From NCBI GenBank assembly GCA_965248055.1, contig CBDFIJ010000004.1, forward strand, positions 1,888,001-1,952,000: a stretch of DNA of 64,000 nucleotides, written 5' to 3'. Of the stretch, positions 19,614 through 29,322 are shown one piece after another. A program made the position numbers and the translations under genes. The first letter of the stretch is position 1. Each line of letters begins with the position of its first letter. This stretch comes from Candidatus Multivoradales bacterium. Lineage in GTDB: Bacteria > Acidobacteriota > Thermoanaerobaculia > Multivoradales > JAHEKO01. The notes beneath the pieces are model-generated. The model was given only the letters and a program-made list of their open reading frames with translations, was not told where the DNA came from and did not search any database.

Positions 19614-19659
19614 CGCGCCAGAGTACCCCGTAAACCAGCACCGTCTCAAAGACGCTCGA

Positions 19660-19896
19660 CTAATACAGAGCTTTGCCAGGGATCTTTTCTTCTTTGAGCG
19701 CCCGCACTTTGCAGTAGATCAACCAGCGCGCTTTGAGGTTTCTGACCCAGGTTGGTGGTCGCTCATCGAGAGCGTCTTCCAACTCAAGCTGTTCTCGGTA
19801 TTCTTCGATCTCTTCCTTTGAGGCTGTCGACGCGCGCTAGCGGCCGTCGGCAACAAAATCAACTGTTGAGCTATCTCGGTTTGAGCTTTCACTCAT
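19660..19896 (-). pseudogene. 78-codon ORF interrupted by one in-frame TAG (codon 20)
   Basis: ATG overlaps the decarboxylase stop (ATGA); frame stays open for 58 codons past TAG 19837-19839. Confidence 0.4.
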
Positions 19897-21329
19897 CTGA
19901 GCGATCCCCCCAGTTCCACGATGGTCGTTGCCAACAACTCTACATCCTCCTCCCGAGTGCGCCAGTTGGAGATCGCCGGGCGAAAGGCGGTCTTGCCACA
20001 GTAATCGGTGGTGCCGACATAGACCCGGCCATCGCTAAGCACCGCTTCGCCAAGACGCCGGTTGAGATCGTTGAGGTCGCCCTCATCCATGCCTCCCGGG
20101 TTGTAGCGGAAGCAGACGATGTTGAGTTGGACGTCAGCCAGTCGCTCTAGATCCGTCGCGGTGTCGACCACTCGACCCAGATACTGCGCCAAGTCGATGT
20201 TGCGCTGGATGATCTCGGTGTGGCCTTGGCGGCCATAGGCCCGTAACGACGCCCAAACGGAAAATGCTCGCGCGCGACGCGAACTCTCGGGGCCAAAGGC
20301 ACCGATGGTTAACTTGGGATCGTCCGGCGCCGGCAAGTAGGCGGCGGTGTAAGCAAACGACTTGGCCAACAACTTGGGATCTCGAACGTAAGCGAAACCG
20401 CAGTCGTAGGGCACGTTCAACCATTTGTGACCATCCACGGTAATCGAGTCGGCACGTTCAACGCCCTCGGTTAGGTGACGTGTCGCTTGGCAGGCACGCG
20501 CGAAGAGACCAAAGGCACCGTCGACATGCAGCCATGCGTTGTACTTGTGCGCCAGGTCAGCCATCTTGTCGATCGGGTCAAAATCACCAGCGTTAACCTC
20601 TCCGGCGTTGGCAATCAGGACCGCCGGTTTGCCGTTGAGCGCTTGGAGCGCAGACTCCATCAACTGCAAATCAACGGCTCCGGTAGCACTTGACGAACAG
20701 CGAACCACTTGGCCCCGACCGATCCCCAGCATCGAGCAGACCTTGACCGCGCTGGCGTGGACATAGCCACTGGAGATCACTGGGACCGGAGGCAGCCCGC
20801 TTAGTCCTTGCTCTGAAACGTCGACCCCCTGTTCTTGTCCCCACCACTGCCGCGCCGCCGCCAGACCAACAAAATTGGCCATCGTTGCGCCGGTGGTCAT
20901 CACGCCAAATAGATCTTCCGGTAGATCCATCAGCTCTTTAAGCCAATCCAGGCTCACCACTTCCAGCTCAACCCCGAGCGGCGTGGTCACCCAGGTGTAG
21001 GCAATTTGATCCAAGGTCGAAGCCCACCAGTCAGCAGCTAGAGAAGCAGGGGTCGCGCCGCCGATCACAAAGTGGAAGCAACGCGGCCCGGCGGTGGCGA
21101 TGGTGGCGTCGATGCCTTGGTTGATCAACTCTTGTAGCGCCGCAGTGGCACCCGAACCTTGTTCGGGCAAGGAAACCCGGAATCGTGACAACGCCTCTTC
21201 CGGGTCTCCGGTGACCAACGGACGCTCGTCGAGTGTTGCTAGATAGGCGCCTGCTTCCCGCTTCACCAACGCCAAGACCGGCTCCATTTCATCGGCTCGG
21301 GGAAAGTGGTTGGAGATCGTTTTCATCAT
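19893..21329 (-). CDS. PLP-dependent group II amino acid decarboxylase
   Basis: TTGATMAN, WLHVDGAFG, DSITVDGHKWLNVPYDCG. Confidence 0.9.
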   Translation of the reverse strand: MMKTISNHFPRADEMEPVLALVKREAGAYLATLDERPLVTGDPEEALSRFRVSLPEQGSGATAALQELINQGIDATIATAGPRCFHFVIGGATPASLAADWWASTLDQIAYTWVTTPLGVELEVVSLDWLKELMDLPEDLFGVMTTGATMANFVGLAAARQWWGQEQGVDVSEQGLSGLPPVPVISSGYVHASAVKVCSMLGIGRGQVVRCSSSATGAVDLQLMESALQALNGKPAVLIANAGEVNAGDFDPIDKMADLAHKYNAWLHVDGAFGLFARACQATRHLTEGVERADSITVDGHKWLNVPYDCGFAYVRDPKLLAKSFAYTAAYLPAPDDPKLTIGAFGPESSRRARAFSVWASLRAYGRQGHTEIIQRNIDLAQYLGRVVDTATDLERLADVQLNIVCFRYNPGGMDEGDLNDLNRRLGEAVLSDGRVYVGTTDYCGKTAFRPAISNWRTREEDVELLATTIVELGGSLR

Positions 21330-21465
21330 ATTCTTAGGCACCCCTCTGGCAAGGCCATTTCACGGGTGGAATATTCTCACTTTTTCCTAGAACACCCCGT
21401 TTCTTTACCGTACCAGTACCGACTAAAAGCACGGATTACGGCGCTCTCAATGGTAAAATCGGGCC

Positions 21466-21708
21466 GTGAACAACCCCCAGACAAGCAACAGTGACCGCGC
21501 CCGTGGCCGACGCTCCTGGCCAATACGCCGCTTTCGCCTTGATCAGCAACCGGAGGAGAGCCTCCTGTCGACGACAACCGCCTCCGAACGGGTGGCGATG
21601 GTCGAGCAGTTGACCAGAGATGCGTGGAGCTTTTCTGGCGGCATGCCAAAGCCTCTTGCGCGGGATAAGTGGCCCGGGTGTTCCTTTCAGCGTTTGGCGA
21701 CACGGTGA
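21466..21708 (+). CDS. Small hypothetical protein paired with a nucleotidyltransferase
   Basis: 80 aa, TASERVAMVEQLT; stop overlaps the next GTG (GTGA). Confidence 0.55.
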   Translation: MNNPQTSNSDRARGRRSWPIRRFRLDQQPEESLLSTTTASERVAMVEQLTRDAWSFSGGMPKPLARDKWPGCSFQRLATR

Positions 21709-22154
21709 ATACCGATTTCCGCGACTTACTCGCAGAGTTGCTCGCCATGAAAGCCCGTTTCTTGGTTGTCGGCGCTCATGCCATGGCGGCTCATGGCACC
21801 CCGAGAGCTACCGGTGATTTGGACATTTGGGTCGCCAACGACGAAACCAACGTGTCTCGGGTTTGGACCGCGCTGGGAAGCTTCGGCGCCCCTGCCCGTG
21901 CGCTCGGATTCTCCGAGAAAGACTTGAGGATTCCCGGAATGGTGTGGCAGATCGGCGTGCCTCCCAGGCGCATCGACATTCTTACCTCTATTGATGGCGT
22001 CGACTTTGGAGATGCCTGGGCAAAGCGGATCGAAATCGAGGTCGACGATTTGATCATCCCGGTATTGGGCTTGTCGCAACTTCGCGCCAACAAGGCCGCG
22101 ACTGGCCGCACCAAAGATCTTGCTGACCTAGAAATTCTTCCAGAAGCTGATTGA
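21705..22154 (+). CDS. Nucleotidyltransferase family protein (DUF6036-like)
   Basis: VVGAHAMAAHGTPRATGDLDIWV, RIDIL, NKAATGRTKDLADLE. Confidence 0.8.
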   Translation: MNTDFRDLLAELLAMKARFLVVGAHAMAAHGTPRATGDLDIWVANDETNVSRVWTALGSFGAPARALGFSEKDLRIPGMVWQIGVPPRRIDILTSIDGVDFGDAWAKRIEIEVDDLIIPVLGLSQLRANKAATGRTKDLADLEILPEAD

Positions 22155-22162
22155 TCAGCAGC

Positions 22163-24949
22163 TTAGACCGAGGCGTAGGCGCCACGGAAGGTGGTTTCCG
22201 CCACCGACTCGGACACTTTTTCAATCTTCGCAGCACAAACCTTGTATTCACCGGTTCCGGTGACCTTGTCGCCAGCGTCTACAGTTAGTCGATTGGTTAA
22301 GGCTTGGGGGAAGTGAAACGGCATCCAAATCGCGCGGCGGCGTACTTGGCGGCTAACCATCGCCCGACAACGCACCCGCCCTCGACGACTCACCACATCC
22401 ACCATCTCGCCGTCGGAAACCCCTAGCTCGCGCGCGTCGCGCGGATGGATCTCGACGAAGGCTTCCGGCTGTTTGGCGGAAAGTCCCGTAGAGCGACGAG
22501 TCTGGGTTGCCGCGTTGTAGTGGTACAGGGTGCGACCGGTGGACAAGATCAGTGGGTACTCTGCGTCTTCTTGCTCAAAGGGCGGTTCAAAGTCAACCGG
22601 TTGAAACAAGCCTTTGCCGCGCAACACGCCACCCTTGTGTAGATACTCGGTGGAGGGCTGGTCGGCTGAGGTGACCGGCCACTGTAGCCCACCTTCCGTC
22701 TCAATTCGCTGGTGAGAGATGCCGGCGAATTTGGGAGTTAAGGCCACCATTTCTGAGTAGATTTTCCCAGTGTCAGCGTAGTCCGGCTGCTTCAGTCCTG
22801 AACGCCGCATCACTTCCAACAGAATCTGCCAATCAGCGCGGGCTTCGCCTGGGGGATCGACCGCTTTGCGCACCCGTTGCACTCGCCGGTCCGAGTTGGC
22901 AAACACCCCTTCTTTTTCGGCGAAGCAAGCGGCGGGCAGAATCACGTCGGCGTAACGAGCCGATTCGTTGAGAAAGATGTCCTGCACCACCAGAAAGTCG
23001 ATTTCGTTCAATGCCTCTTCGACCTTACCGGCGTTGGGCTCAGAAACCACAATGTCCTCGCCCATCAGGTACATGCCGCGCAGCTTGCCCTTCTGCATTA
23101 CCTTCATCATCTCGTTGAGGTTCAAGCCCGGGCGCTCACTCTGGGCCACGCCCCACAGGTCTTCATACTTTTGCCGGATCTCGGGATCGGAAGCGTCTTG
23201 GTAGCCGGGGTAGAACACCGGTGTGGCGCCAGCGTCGTTGGCACCCTGAACGTTATTTTGGCCGCGCAGTGGGTTCATCCCCACCGAGCGGCGACCCAAG
23301 TGGCCGGTCATTAACACCAGGTTGGAGAGCGCGTAGACGTTGTCGGTGCCACAGGTGTGCTCAGTAATTCCCAGGGTGTAATAGATGCCTGCTTTGTCGG
23401 TGGCCGCATAGGCGCGGGCAACTTCGCGGATTTGATCCGCCAGAACTCCAGTGACTTTCTCCGCCTCCTCGGGTGGGTAACGAAGCACGGCATCACACAC
23501 GGCGTCGAAGTTCTCGGTGTTGGCTTCAATCCACTCGGTAGCTTCCAGGCCTTCGGTGACGATCACGTGAGCCATTGCGTTCAACAGCCAAACATCGGTG
23601 CCGGGTTTGAGTTGTAGGTGCCAGTCGGCGTAGTCGACCAAGGGTATCCGGCGCGGATCTGCCACCGCGATGCGGGCACCGTTCTTCACCGCCCGCTTCA
23701 TCTCCATAGCGATGATCGGGTGCGCTTCGGTGGTGTTGGAGCCGGTTACAAACAGGAAATCAACGTCACGGATCTCGGGGATCGAATTGGTCATCGCCCC
23801 GGCTCCGTAGGTGGCTACCAGACCGGCAACCGTGGGAGCGTGTCACGTGGCCGCGCATTGATGGACGTTGTGGGTCCCGTAGGCTGCGCGTGCCAGTTTC
23901 TGCATCAAATAGTTCTCTTCAACCGTACACCGGGAGGAGCTGATGAAGCCCAGCGCGTCGGATCCGTGCTCGGCTTCCACCGCCTTGAGCCCGGTGACCG
24001 CACGATCCAAAGCCTCATCCCAGGACGCGGGCACCAAAGCACCAGAGTCGTCACGAACCAACGGCGTGGTCAGTCGATCTTCGTGGTGGATGAAGTCGTT
24101 GGCGAAACGCCCTTTGACGCATAAGTTGCCATCGTTGACCGTGGTTCCTGGTGGAGGACTGGTGACCTTGACCACCTGACCCCTCCCTTTGTTGGCTTCA
24201 CGATCGACGTTCAGGTCTACCTGACAGCCGACGCCGCAAAAATTGCAGGTAGTGCGGACCTTCTCGAGTTCTTTTTCGGGTTTGCCGTACTCCAACCCAG
24301 TTCGCTCGCCCATCGCTCCGGTGGGGCAGACGTCGACACAACCGCCGCACAGCTCGCAGGTGGAGTCCAACAATCCACGTCCGTCGGCGGTCGAGATGGT
24401 GGTGTGGGCCCCGCGAAACGCCAACCAGATTGCCGACACCGCTTCGACCTCTTCACAGTAACGAGTACACAACGAGCAGGCGATGCAGCGATCGGGTCGA
24501 AAGGTGATGAACGGGTCATCGTTGTCACGACCTTGCCGCACCTGCTCCAAGGACGGCCACGTTCCCGCGGTTCCGTATTGATCAGCGAGGTCGAAAAGTC
24601 TTGAAGGATTGTTGTCTTCGGCTTGCTCTCGATCTTGTGGAGTGTCGGCCATGTGCAACGACAAAGTGAACCGGCGGTTGCGCTCCACCCGCGAGGTTTG
24701 GGTGCGCACCACCATCCCCGGAGTGGTCGGGAACGCACACGCAGGTTGCATCACCCGAGAACCCTCAACCTCCACCAAACACATGCGACAAGCCCCGGCT
24801 GGGGTCACCCGCGGATCATGGCAAATGGTGGGAATCTCAACTTCAATCCGAGCCGCAGCCTCAAGAACCATTTCGCCGGGGCGAAAGTCGATCTCGTTGC
24901 CGTCGATGACGATCAATTGAGATTTACTGGGCACAGATGGGTCGGTCAT
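22163..24949 (-). CDS. fdhF: Formate dehydrogenase alpha subunit, selenocysteine-containing (928 aa, Sec369)
   Basis: ORFs 23843-24949 and 22163-23794 are in frame across TGA 23843-23845 (HQCAAT-U-HAPTVAGL); Fe-S motifs, PLRGQNNVQG, molybdopterin-binding C-terminus. Confidence 0.93.
23813..23831 (-). promoter_or_regulatory. SECIS element of fdh
   Basis: GGTTGCC-GGTCT-GGTAGCC hairpin after an 11-nt spacer from the UGA, similar to the E. coli fdhF minimal SECIS. Confidence 0.85.
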
Positions 24950-25480
24950 AAGGCGTGAGGATTATATGCGGGTGCCACTGGCCACGGAGAGCAGCGGCAG
25001 CGTGTTGGTTGCACGAATCGTTAGCCCGTGCGGAATTCTGGGACGTCCAAACCATAATTCCTTCGCGGCTTATCGGATCGCAAATTCCGGGTTACGACTA
25101 TGCCACGCTCCCCTATTGGCCCGCTCCTGAATCCCGAGCGGAATTCCATGGCGTCGGACTTACGGTTTATTTCGAATCCTCAGGCTGCGAACTCCTCCTC
25201 GCTCGCGTTTGATCCGTCTGCGTTCCAGCTTGTTAGCCCATGTATTCCAGGTTGAACCAGTTTGACTAAGGGCTCTCATCACTATTGTCGATACGCTCTT
25301 TGCCGCTGCATCCCTCCGGCCAGCAACTGAGCCTGAATTAATACTGGGGACTGGGCTGCTCCATCGATCGCGTGGCGAACACTCTAGTGTGTTGTTTGGC
25401 TGCTGGTCCATTGCCCTCGACAAACATCGGTTGTTCAAGGCTGGTTGCTGCGGTCGTGGACTGAAGCTTTCCCGAGAGGC

Positions 25481-25512
25481 ATACCCAGGGCCTTAGGGCC
25501 AGCCCTGGGTAT
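25481..25512. other. Intergenic inverted repeat (11-bp perfect stem)
   Basis: ATACCCAGGGC-N10-GCCCTGGGTAT. Confidence 0.5.
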
Positions 25513-25682
25513 CGTGGGTTTACTGCCAAAGAGACATGTTCGGAGTCCAGGTTTTCCCGGAAAATCCAGGCTCTCAATCCGTCATTATCCAGCTTCGGAC
25601 TACGAAGTCAGACCTGCCGACAGGAATGCGGCGCCAAGTGCAATTCGCCAACATTTAGCGACTTTGACAAACAGTGCAGCCA

Positions 25683-26120
25683 CTAAAAGGAATTTGCGCA
25701 AGTAACGCAGCAACTTGTCCACACGTTGTCGCAACCAGTAAGGCAAGTGGAGTTTCCGTTGCAGGATGCCGCACAGACCTTCCACTGGTTTGAACATGAA
25801 TTGACACAACTATTATTGATTTTCTTCCATGCTCCACCGCCAGCTTGGAAGCAAAAGGCGAGATCTATAAATCCGGTAGGCGAAAACGTCGAGTCCGACC
25901 CTTGCTGAGAGTGTTCCCCGCTGAGGTCCGCCGTAAGAAACAGGAGGTCGTCAGAAGGTAGGGTAAGCTGCTCTTCCCCAGCCATTACAGCAGCATCGGC
26001 CTTCGCTGGGTCTTCAATCTCTTTGAGCTCACCGGCTTGGCTGTGGGGACCCGCCAGGGTCACGGCCAGTACCATCGCGCACGCGGCAAGGGCGGTTGTC
26101 CAAGCAATAGATTTCCTCAT
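25683..26120 (-). CDS. Secreted protein with acidic pro-region and C-terminal 10-Cys domain (145 aa)
   Basis: GGAGGA RBS before ATG 26120; signal peptide ending SQA; repeated CxxxC motifs. Confidence 0.75.
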   Translation of the reverse strand: MRKSIAWTTALAACAMVLAVTLAGPHSQAGELKEIEDPAKADAAVMAGEEQLTLPSDDLLFLTADLSGEHSQQGSDSTFSPTGFIDLAFCFQAGGGAWKKINNSCVNSCSNQWKVCAASCNGNSTCLTGCDNVWTSCCVTCANSF

Positions 26121-26186
26121 TCTTTCCTCCAGTCGGTTGTGAGTTAGCGCCTTTGGGCGTGAACTCGGGCATGTAGGTGGCTGGAC

Positions 26187-26219
26187 CCGGTGGTTCCCCG
26201 GTGGTTCCCCGGTGGTTCC
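26187..26219. repeat. 3 x 11-nt tandem repeat CCGGTGGTTCC
   Basis: Three perfect copies upstream of the Cys-rich gene. Confidence 0.85.
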
Positions 26220-27109
26220 CAACCCTTCTTATTTGTATAACGGAATTGACCGCATTGGACTGCCAAGTCCCGAACAGTATCGCTAGTGGCCTAGCCCTAG
26301 TTACCGGAGGATCTTCTTGATCGAAAACGAAGCTACGGTGCTGCCATTGCAGTCGCAATCAGATAAATGAAGATAGGGTACTCGTCTTTGCTAGTGATCT
26401 ATACGCAGGCGATATCGCTAACGAAATTCAAGATAGCACCTTTGCAGCAAGGAGATTCGCTCAGGTCTCTTGGGCAGGGTTACCTTCGCAGAAGCTGTCT
26501 CCAATGCGCTTCTGTCCTCCCGGTATTCACCCAAACGGACATACGAGATTTCTTGGTGAGGACAACAAGAATGTGATCTTGGAACGGATTGCTTTGTGCC
26601 GGGCGCTAACGATGACCGGAGATCGAGACTCCGGGCAGGAGCAGATCCAGCTGGCGTGCGATCGACAAGAAGGAGTGCTTCAGGTGTATGGGTTGGGCAA
26701 ACTGACTCTTTTTCGAGGAATGCGGACGAGCGAACCGTGAGTTAGGGTAATGGTCGGTCGTGGGCTGAATGAATTTCGGAGATTTGTTTCTTCGGAGGAC
26801 CTATCCCTGTTACTTATGAGGTCCGAATCGCCGTATCGGCAAAGACTCAAGCCTTGGAGGCTTGGGTGGCGTCGCATGCGATTATGAAAACTCGATGTAA
26901 TCAAACAGATCACGCTGCGCTTGTCTTCTCCTGGTACAACGTGCGTGGTTGGCTCGCTCCCTCCTTAAGCTGGCAAAACTCTCAAGTCAAAAGTTATCCC
27001 AGTAATCGACTTCGTGAATCACGTCTTCCTCCTCCCAGGTGACGCATCGGGCGGTTCAAGCTAGCATTCCCATGCAGGCTTGCCACTCGGCAAGCCGCAC
27101 TACCAATAC

Positions 27110-28078
27110 ATGAACAGAATTCTTGTCACCGGAGCGTTGGGCCAAATCGGTACCGAGCTGGTGCTCGCGCTACGGGAGCGCTTTGGCACGGATCACGTGG
27201 TTTGTTCCGATATCCGCTCTCCGCAACCGGGAAGCCCGCATTTGTCAGGACCGTTTGAACACCTCGATTGCACCCGGCGAGGGCAGATTCACGGGGTCGT
27301 GGATCGCCACAGAATCGACACCATCTACCACCTGGCGGCTCTGCTTTCGGCGGTGGCTGAGGAGAAACCACAGTCTGCCTGGGAGCTCAACATTGGCGGA
27401 CTATACTCGGTTTTGGAGGTCGCTCGCGAGAGTGGTTGTTCGGTGTTTGTGCCCAGCTCGATTGGCGCTTTTGGTCCCGGCACGCCGAAGGAACAAACGC
27501 CACAGGAAACCACTCAGCGGCCAACGACGATGTACGGGGTTACCAAGGTCGCTGGCGAGTTGTTGTGCGACTACTACCATCGACGCTTTGAGGTTGACAC
27601 TCGCGGGGTCCGCTATCCAGGGATCATTTCCTGGACCGCGCCACCGGGAGGCGGAACCACCGATTACGCGGTCGATATCTTCTACCAGGCTCTTCGCTAC
27701 CAGCACTACACTTGTTTCCTGAAACCACAGACTCGCTTGGACATGATGTACATGCCGGACGCGATTCAAGCCGCGATCGGAGTGATGGAGGCCGATCCCA
27801 GAAAATTGGTTCACCGCAACGCCTTCAACGTCACAGCCATGCAGTTCACCCCGGAGGAGCTTGCGGCAGCGATTCGAGAGCACCTGCCCAAGTTTCGGAT
27901 TGACTACCAAGTCGACCCGGTCCGCCAAGCGATCGCCGACTCGTGGCCCGACTCTTTGGACGACAGTGCCGCGCGTAGCGAGTGGGGGTGGGCTCCGTCT
28001 TTTGACTTAGCAACCATGACCGCTGAGATGTTGGAAAACCTAGAAGGCAAACTCGCATTGGGCCAAGGGCCCGCCTGA
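27110..28078 (+). CDS. tdh: L-threonine 3-dehydrogenase, SDR/epimerase type
   Basis: ILVTGALGQIG, YHLAALLSA, YGVTK, PGGGTTDY, MMYMPD; adjacent to kbl. Confidence 0.88.
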   Translation: MNRILVTGALGQIGTELVLALRERFGTDHVVCSDIRSPQPGSPHLSGPFEHLDCTRRGQIHGVVDRHRIDTIYHLAALLSAVAEEKPQSAWELNIGGLYSVLEVARESGCSVFVPSSIGAFGPGTPKEQTPQETTQRPTTMYGVTKVAGELLCDYYHRRFEVDTRGVRYPGIISWTAPPGGGTTDYAVDIFYQALRYQHYTCFLKPQTRLDMMYMPDAIQAAIGVMEADPRKLVHRNAFNVTAMQFTPEELAAAIREHLPKFRIDYQVDPVRQAIADSWPDSLDDSAARSEWGWAPSFDLATMTAEMLENLEGKLALGQGPA

Positions 28079-28097
28079 GGCCAAGGGGACTTAAGTC

Positions 28098-29315
28098 TTG
28101 CCGCAAGATCAACTCAACCAGGTTCTCAAGAAACAGGTCGAAGGGCTGGAACAAGCGGGGACCGCCAAAGGGGCGGAGTCGGTGATCACCCAGGTGATCC
28201 CACCAACCTCAAACCACGGACCGCGTTACCAGTTGGAAGGGCAAGGGGCTCGCCCGTTTCTCAAGATGAACTCCAACAACTACCTGGGTATGGCCCTGCA
28301 CCCGAAGGTGATCGCCGCAGAAGAGCGGGCCACGGCGGAGTTTGGCGTCGGCCCTGGAGCGGTGCGCTTCATCAGCGGCAGCCATCGCCAGCACATCGAA
28401 CTGGAAGAACGGTTGGCTGCCTTTCATCAGCGACAAGCGGCGATGATCTTCAGTTCGGCCTACGCCACCACTATCGGCGTACTGGTGCCGTTGACCACGC
28501 CCGAAACCACCATCATTAGCGATGCCTTAAACCACAATTGCATCATCAATGCGATGCGCTTGTCGCGACCACAAGAAAAGAAAATCTATCCCCACTTGGA
28601 TATCGGCGCACTCGAAGCCGCCCTGGAGTCTGGGTCCGGGAAGCGCGCGCTGATCGTCACCGATGGGATTTTCTCCATGCGCGGATCTTCGGCACCCTTG
28701 GCCGAGATCATGACGCTGGCTGAGCGCCACGATCATCGCTATCCAGAGAACGCTTTTGTCATCGTCGACGACTCGCACGGAGTCGGCGCCTTTGGAGCAA
28801 GCGGTCGCGGCACCGAAGAACACGAAGGCCACCAAGCGGACGCCTTGGTCGGCACCTTGGGCAAAGCACTTGGGGTCAACGGCGGCTACCTGGTCGGCAG
28901 CAAAGAACTCGTCCGCTTTCTGCGCGAATCTGCACCGACCTACATCTACTCCAACCCGATCACTGCCGGGGAGGCTGCCGCTGCGAGTAAAGCACTGGAG
29001 ATCCTCGACAGCCCAGAAGGTCTACAGTTACTGCGACACTTACGCGCCATGACAGAACGTTTCGCCAATGGGTTAACTAACCTTGGGTTTGAAACTATTC
29101 CGGGAAGCCACCCGGTCACCCCGCTGATGGTGCGTGAGACCCAACGCACCACCGCCTTAGTCCAACATCTCTACGATCATGGCATCCTGGCTACCGGCCT
29201 GAACTTCCCGGTAGTGCCGAAAGGGGACCAAAGCATTCGTTTCCAGATTTCCGCCGAACACACCACCGCGGACATCGACGAAGTGCTGGCCGTTTTAGGT
29301 TCGTTTCCGGAGTGA
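28098..29315 (+). CDS. kbl: 2-amino-3-ketobutyrate CoA ligase (glycine C-acetyltransferase)
   Basis: NSNNYLG, GAVRFISG, DDSHGVG, GTLGKALG. Confidence 0.85.
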   Translation: MPQDQLNQVLKKQVEGLEQAGTAKGAESVITQVIPPTSNHGPRYQLEGQGARPFLKMNSNNYLGMALHPKVIAAEERATAEFGVGPGAVRFISGSHRQHIELEERLAAFHQRQAAMIFSSAYATTIGVLVPLTTPETTIISDALNHNCIINAMRLSRPQEKKIYPHLDIGALEAALESGSGKRALIVTDGIFSMRGSSAPLAEIMTLAERHDHRYPENAFVIVDDSHGVGAFGASGRGTEEHEGHQADALVGTLGKALGVNGGYLVGSKELVRFLRESAPTYIYSNPITAGEAAAASKALEILDSPEGLQLLRHLRAMTERFANGLTNLGFETIPGSHPVTPLMVRETQRTTALVQHLYDHGILATGLNFPVVPKGDQSIRFQISAEHTTADIDEVLAVLGSFPE

Positions 29316-29322
29316 TTCCAAG

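Noticed and set aside
23795-23845. fdh as a pseudogene or two genes
   Set aside because: In-frame TGA at the catalytic position followed by a SECIS indicates selenocysteine
25032-25147. GGAATT..AATTCC imperfect palindromes as element ends or ncRNA
   Set aside because: Too degenerate; no transposase or target duplication seen
26253-26266. Sigma-54 promoter for the Cys-rich gene (TGGCAG..TGC, minus strand)
   Set aside because: GG to GC spacing is 9 nt, not the required 10
26321-26740. Long open plus-strand frame in the gene-poor region
   Set aside because: No convincing start or RBS and no recognisable motif
24950-27100. tRNA-Sec or riboswitch near fdh
   Set aside because: No cloverleaf or aptamer recognised by eye; a covariance-model scan is needed to exclude it
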